A stretch of DNA of 39,764 nt from Rotaria socialis. Its lineage: Eukaryota. The notes under the pieces are model-generated. The model was not told the origin of the DNA. It made no database searches and saw only the letters and a list, made by a program, of their open reading frames with translations. Each line of letters opens with the position of its first letter. Position 1 is the first letter of the stretch. The stretch is taken from positions 1-39,764 of the forward strand of contig CAJNYD010000007.1 in NCBI GenBank assembly GCA_905331295.1. Reading direction: 5' to 3'. The position numbers and the translations under genes are program-made. Below, piece after piece: positions 35,001 through 39,764 of this stretch.

Positions 35001-37600
35001 CATAGATATATCTTTGTTCTCTATGTGCTTGTTGGAATTAGTGTGTACATTGCAGCTTGATGAAGATATTGCACAATCTTAAAAACATTTCACACAGTAT
35101 CCTTTCAAAATAAAAGACATTTTGCTTCTATTTCAGCTATTTTCTCTGTATTTCCTTCGCCTCTAACCATCATCTATCTAACTACACTTAATGTCGTGTA
35201 TAAGATTCAGCATATCAGTCATAGAGTAGAAAGAAAAAGACAACTAGATAGAAGAATGCATGTTTCTATGGCTTTGCTACGCACATATTTGTAGTAAATA
35301 TATATAGGTATAAACATAAGCTTAGAATATTAAACTCATTTTTCTATCATTCCAAAGAATAAGATGTTTATATTAACATTGAATAAAGCGTTGGAGCTTG
35401 ATCATTTTTTGCCTGCTAGTAATCATGCTAATGAAATCGATCTCGAAACAACGTAAACTTTATCCAGTCAATTCGCTTTACCAGAAACATAGAGGATTAA
35501 TTTTCATGAGTGTAGTAAAATCCTGTCTGTTTTGATTTTTTTTATCCCGATACTCATTATCACAATATGGACTATTAATTATCATTGAAAATATCTCCGA
35601 CTCATGCTAGGAAAGATTATCTTTTTTTAACAATATCCTTGAGAGCGAGAAAAGCTAATTCTTTTCTGATGAACGTCATAAAAATGAATTAGTTCTTCTG
35701 TTTGTGCCAACTGGCATGCTTATGCATTAACTTCCTTCTTATTCAACTTACTTAGAAAATGCTATGTCCACTGGATATGATCTTGTCTTAAAGTCAATTA
35801 CGAGCAACTACGTCGATCTTTTCGTTAAACATATGTGCTCATGATTTTAGCCTCTCAAACAACAGCGCTAGACCAATCATATTCATATTCATTCTTATTT
35901 TTTTTCTTAGCGTAGTATTTCACTCATCAAAAATCTTCAAAACCAACGGTCAAAAACTGACTTTTTATTAAACTCCAATGTAGTACACTAGAATTATTTG
36001 TGTAGTCATTAGTGAAACGTTCCAGTATCGACGCTGAGTATTTTTGTCGCGAAAACTTATGCATTTCTCATGTAAGTGATCTATTGCAGAATATCAAAAG
36101 ATAAAAGACTTAATTTGAACAATTACGTATTGAGCGTTTTATACAACGCTGACTTCAGCATATCTTTTCAACCAAAAACCACTATATGCATTTGAAAGAA
36201 GAGTTATCCGATTCTCTTCTGCTACTGGTTTATCTGCTTAGAGAAAACGAACGCAGGAATACGCACTTCTCATTCTCGATGAAGATTAGTATCATTGCTA
36301 ATTACGAAAATGCCCCGAGAAATCTGTTGCAGTTTCTGGGTTTCTATGTGAAGAAACAGAAATGACATTGTTCATATCAGAATCTGTGAGAATGTTTTTC
36401 TTTTATATTGATATTGTGGTATGAGATGATCTCAATTTTGGACTTCAATAGCTTATTTCATCAAATAGCAAAATAACGTTAACATAAAGGAAAAGGGAAT
36501 CACTGAAGAGCGTAGACCAGTAATATACTATGAAAATGATCTGTTAAAATATACATTGTCTGATAAAAAACTTATAAACCTGTTGAAAAGAAAGATTGGC
36601 TTATGAGTGGAGCGTCCATCGGATATGGATCTAAAAATATTACTGCTTGAATGTTGATGGATAGAAAATAATGATCCATATTATAATAATTTATCAAATT
36701 TTTTGAAATGTTCATTCCTTTTATTCAAAACATTTTAAACTTATGGATAAAAATTAGAGGATTTTGTTGCCCGCTTAGTAAAATTGCTTGAGAGTATTAA
36801 GAGTGCCTTTAAACTGTGGACTCCTGAAGAATTGAGCATCAAGATTCGGGTTCAAAACCCCTGATGGATCGGGTGTGAGTCCATAAATCCTTGGATTCGA
36901 TGAACTCTCATTTAATGTTCAGAACTAATGTGCTTCTTACTTGCAATTGTAAATCATTGAAGTCATGTAAAAATTGAGAAGAGCTGATCTACCTACCATC
37001 GCATATTTCACGCCAATCCAGACAAATGACAGATTTGCATTCGTCGTTGTTCACAACATAACATGTGCCGTTTGTAATAGACAAGAGATCATCGGATACT
37101 TCTTGCCTAGCTCCTGATCTGTAGAAACGAATATCAGGAATTGTGTAATCCAAGTCGAACGTATATTGACAATGTGTTCCAAACCAAAAGTTTTTGTCAT
37201 CGTAACAATTAAAAAATGATCCTGTTGCATAGCCTGATTCGTATTCTTCGATGAGATCTATGGGTGCATACCATTTGAGTAGTTGATCCGATGATATATT
37301 CATCAGACGTAATTGATCAAATGTAAATGATTTACCGCTAAATATTGTTGTGTTTTTGATAGATAGAAGATTTTCTATACTTTTCATTGTTGATGAGCGA
37401 CAGTATCTAATCATTTCATATTGAGAAGTCGGGCCGCTCACTGAATTTTGCGGACTGCCGTCACGATATTGCAAACAATCGAAAGCATATCCAGAGCCAC
37501 TTGTTTCATGCATTAGACGAGAAGCACAGCACAAATCATGCATATACAGCACGATAAATACAAGCCAAAACAGAAACATGAAGTTAAGCGAATACTTCAT
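29071..37600 (-). pseudogene. Large secreted-ectodomain GPCR: signal peptide, LDL-receptor class A repeats, EGF-like repeats and rhodopsin-like 7TM (~1530 codons). Exons 37600-36997, 34914-34120, 33345-32721, 31645-29071; two frameshifts (~34465, ~30058)
   Basis: Hydrophobic leader MKYSLNFMFLFWLVFIVL; CLDWREICDG|KMDCTNGFDE; several CxDxSDE motifs; EGF CNGHGQC..CICNEEWFGKYCE; 7TM with GCGIYL, WLNACVAIKR, HKHILIAP, FILPSQLY. Splice phases are consistent (1,0,1). Confidence 0.85.
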
Positions 37601-39149
37601 CTATTGTAAAAAGACTAAGTAAGAGATGCTATTATATACTAGCTAGCAGTTATACTTTGAAAGATTAGAATTGCAAAGGAAATGCTTCTAAACAGCAAAA
37701 AGTCATACATCCGATTCATTTCTATATTCAGTAATGATGACGTGCATCTGATATATTTTAGGACATCTGTTCTTACTGCGTTTTTTCAATTTGAAATATC
37801 AGAGTTCTTCCAGCCAACAATTTATCTTACGAGCAAATAATATTATCATTTCCCTAACAAAATGTCATGCATATGGAGGCATAAAACGAGAGACCTGTGC
37901 ATTCGATTAAAAATTAAAACGCCATTTATCGATGTTTCCCTTAAAAGCATGCTCAATATTGCAACACCATGATATATCAATTTGATTTAGATGAAAAATA
38001 TATCATGAAATTTCATTCGATTTTGAGAACTCATTCAAAACATGCAATTGCTTTAACTATTTTCTTATGTTAACTATATATTCAGGTGGATGATTATGAC
38101 AATTGTGAACGTCTGCTATAATAAAATAAATATTCAATTAATGACCATTCGTCGTTATAAAGCATCGTAAATAGCATAAAGAAAGCTTGTCATATCCTGC
38201 ATACAATGAAATATATTGAGATCGTTAAAAAGAAAGCTGCATCAGCAACTTTTAAAACCATATCCACTTTATTTTGAGTATTACAAAAGTTTTATTCTAC
38301 CAAAGAGAATCATTACAACTAATAGCCATTATGTTCCAAGTCACATAAGAGAAAATTTGTGAGAAGGATTTTGTAAGAAAGCATCATAGTGTTTGATCAA
38401 TGTTGTATTATTCAATGAACTTATGCGCTATTAGTGTTTAACAACCAATGCAAAAAAACCATATCCAACTGTCATAGAAACTACTCAATCGATGATACTA
38501 TATATACTATTGGCTTCTAGAAAAATAAGTGCCTCGATACTTGATAAAAACGTTTATTTGTTGGAAAAATGTTTTTAGAGAGATAGGAAGCTTCGCGGGA
38601 ACAGATTTCTTATATAAAGTACGGAGAAGGATTATAAGAACGCTATAAAAATTTCTTTTAATTATTTTTTGGGGTATTTTAGTATGGAAGGTAATGAAGA
38701 ATAACGTATTGATTTATATTGGAAAGAACCTATTGGCCCTGATGGTACTGCTATATTAATTGTCCACAGAACTCGAGAGCAGTTTCTATGGAATGAGGGC
38801 CATTTTTTTTATATATTTCTGTAAGACTCCGCACATCGATGTAAGAGTTGTTTTCTTATCCATCAGCTATTGTCCTTTGTTGAAGAAAACACTCCACCAT
38901 ATATACTAAATGAAAACTCAGACAGATATAGAGTTAGTACTAGAGAGAAAAAGAGAGAGGGAGAGAATTAGTGCTAGAGAGAAAAGGAGAGAGATAGTGA
39001 ATAAGAGCATGAACACAGAACAATATATGTTCCTTCGACCTGTGACAGGAGACATAAAGAGAAAACCACATAGGAGAAGAATGGAAGTGATGATACACTG
39101 TAAAAAAAAAGCGCAGAATAGTCAACCCTTGCCCTTGATTTTCATTTGC

Positions 39150-39764
39150 ATAAACTCTTGAATGGTTTATGGGGATGGCATATACCTTTGAAGGGTTAAT
39201 GACGCGAAGGGTTTTTGAATATTCAAAGGGTATATGGAACTTTTTTGAGGGTTTTATATTTCATATTTTGAATCTAGAGGTTTATTTTTAAACGGTTATG
39301 GGTAGATTAATATACGCATTTTTCAGAAACATTTCTTATTCAACAATCAAGGATAGATTATTATTCGGTTTAAAGAAAGGGTTTCTTAGTACACGGCTAA
39401 GGGTAGATGATTCTACACTTTCAGAAGAAGTGTTGATTATAATACGTTAAAGGGTAGATTACTCCACGGTGTCACTATGGAGTATATTATTCGACGACCG
39501 AAGATATACCATTTTACCATTTCGGAAGAAGCATTTATTATAATACGGCAGAGGGTATATTATTATACGATGCTACCCCAAAGGGTATATTATTATATCG
39601 AAAATATCAATGTATAAGTATAATTCATAATTTCTTTCATTTTTGTTATGTTCAAAAGCATCTATTTAAAAAATATTTTTCCTTATATCAATATCATATT
39701 TTATTAACATAGCTCTTTGTTGTTTGTTTAGATCAACAAGATCAATGAAAAAAAGAATTCGTCA
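39150..39764 (+). mobile_element. Second copy of the interspersed repeat, with a terminal array of AAGGGTAGATT/AAGGGTATATT-like units; runs off the window end
   Basis: Recurrent A(A/G)GGGTA(G/T)ATTA motifs about every 20-50 nt in 39190-39600; identity with 18952-19209. Confidence 0.7.

Noticed and set aside
38690..38805. Coding-looking fragment RIDLYWKEPIGPDGTAILIVHRTREQFLWNEGH
   Set aside because: It is too short and I cannot assign it to a family; it may be a transposon relic but this is unsupported without a search.

Overview
AT-rich eukaryotic genomic DNA with GT-AG introns (many only 48-51 nt), most consistent with a bdelloid rotifer; this taxon is inferred from intron size, the LDLa/EGF-GPCR gene type, the Tc1/mariner remnant and TGTGGG-like motifs. 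The left half (1-18.5 kb) holds three paralogous spliced genes that the ORF track fragments. Each encodes a predicted type II membrane protein: cytoplasmic N-tail, one TM helix, a Thr-rich mucin-like stalk and a C-terminal 101-aa domain that aligns without gaps. That domain resembles a bacterial lectin-like or tail-fibre-tip type module. Copy 1 has a decayed 5' end yet shares a ~97% identical upstream region with copy 2. The right half holds a disrupted single-exon rhodopsin-like GPCR, a decayed LITAF-like gene and a ~1530-codon LDLa/EGF/7TM receptor gene with two frameshifts. Introns and spacers carry many non-autonomous TIR elements (MULE-like with a perfect 9-bp TSD, hAT-like, mariner-like foldback), a Tc1/mariner transposase relic, telomere-like mini-foldbacks and one degenerate minimal hammerhead-like motif. 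Two single-N positions (20739, 24848) mark probable assembly joins. No rRNA, tRNA or CRISPR array was recognised.
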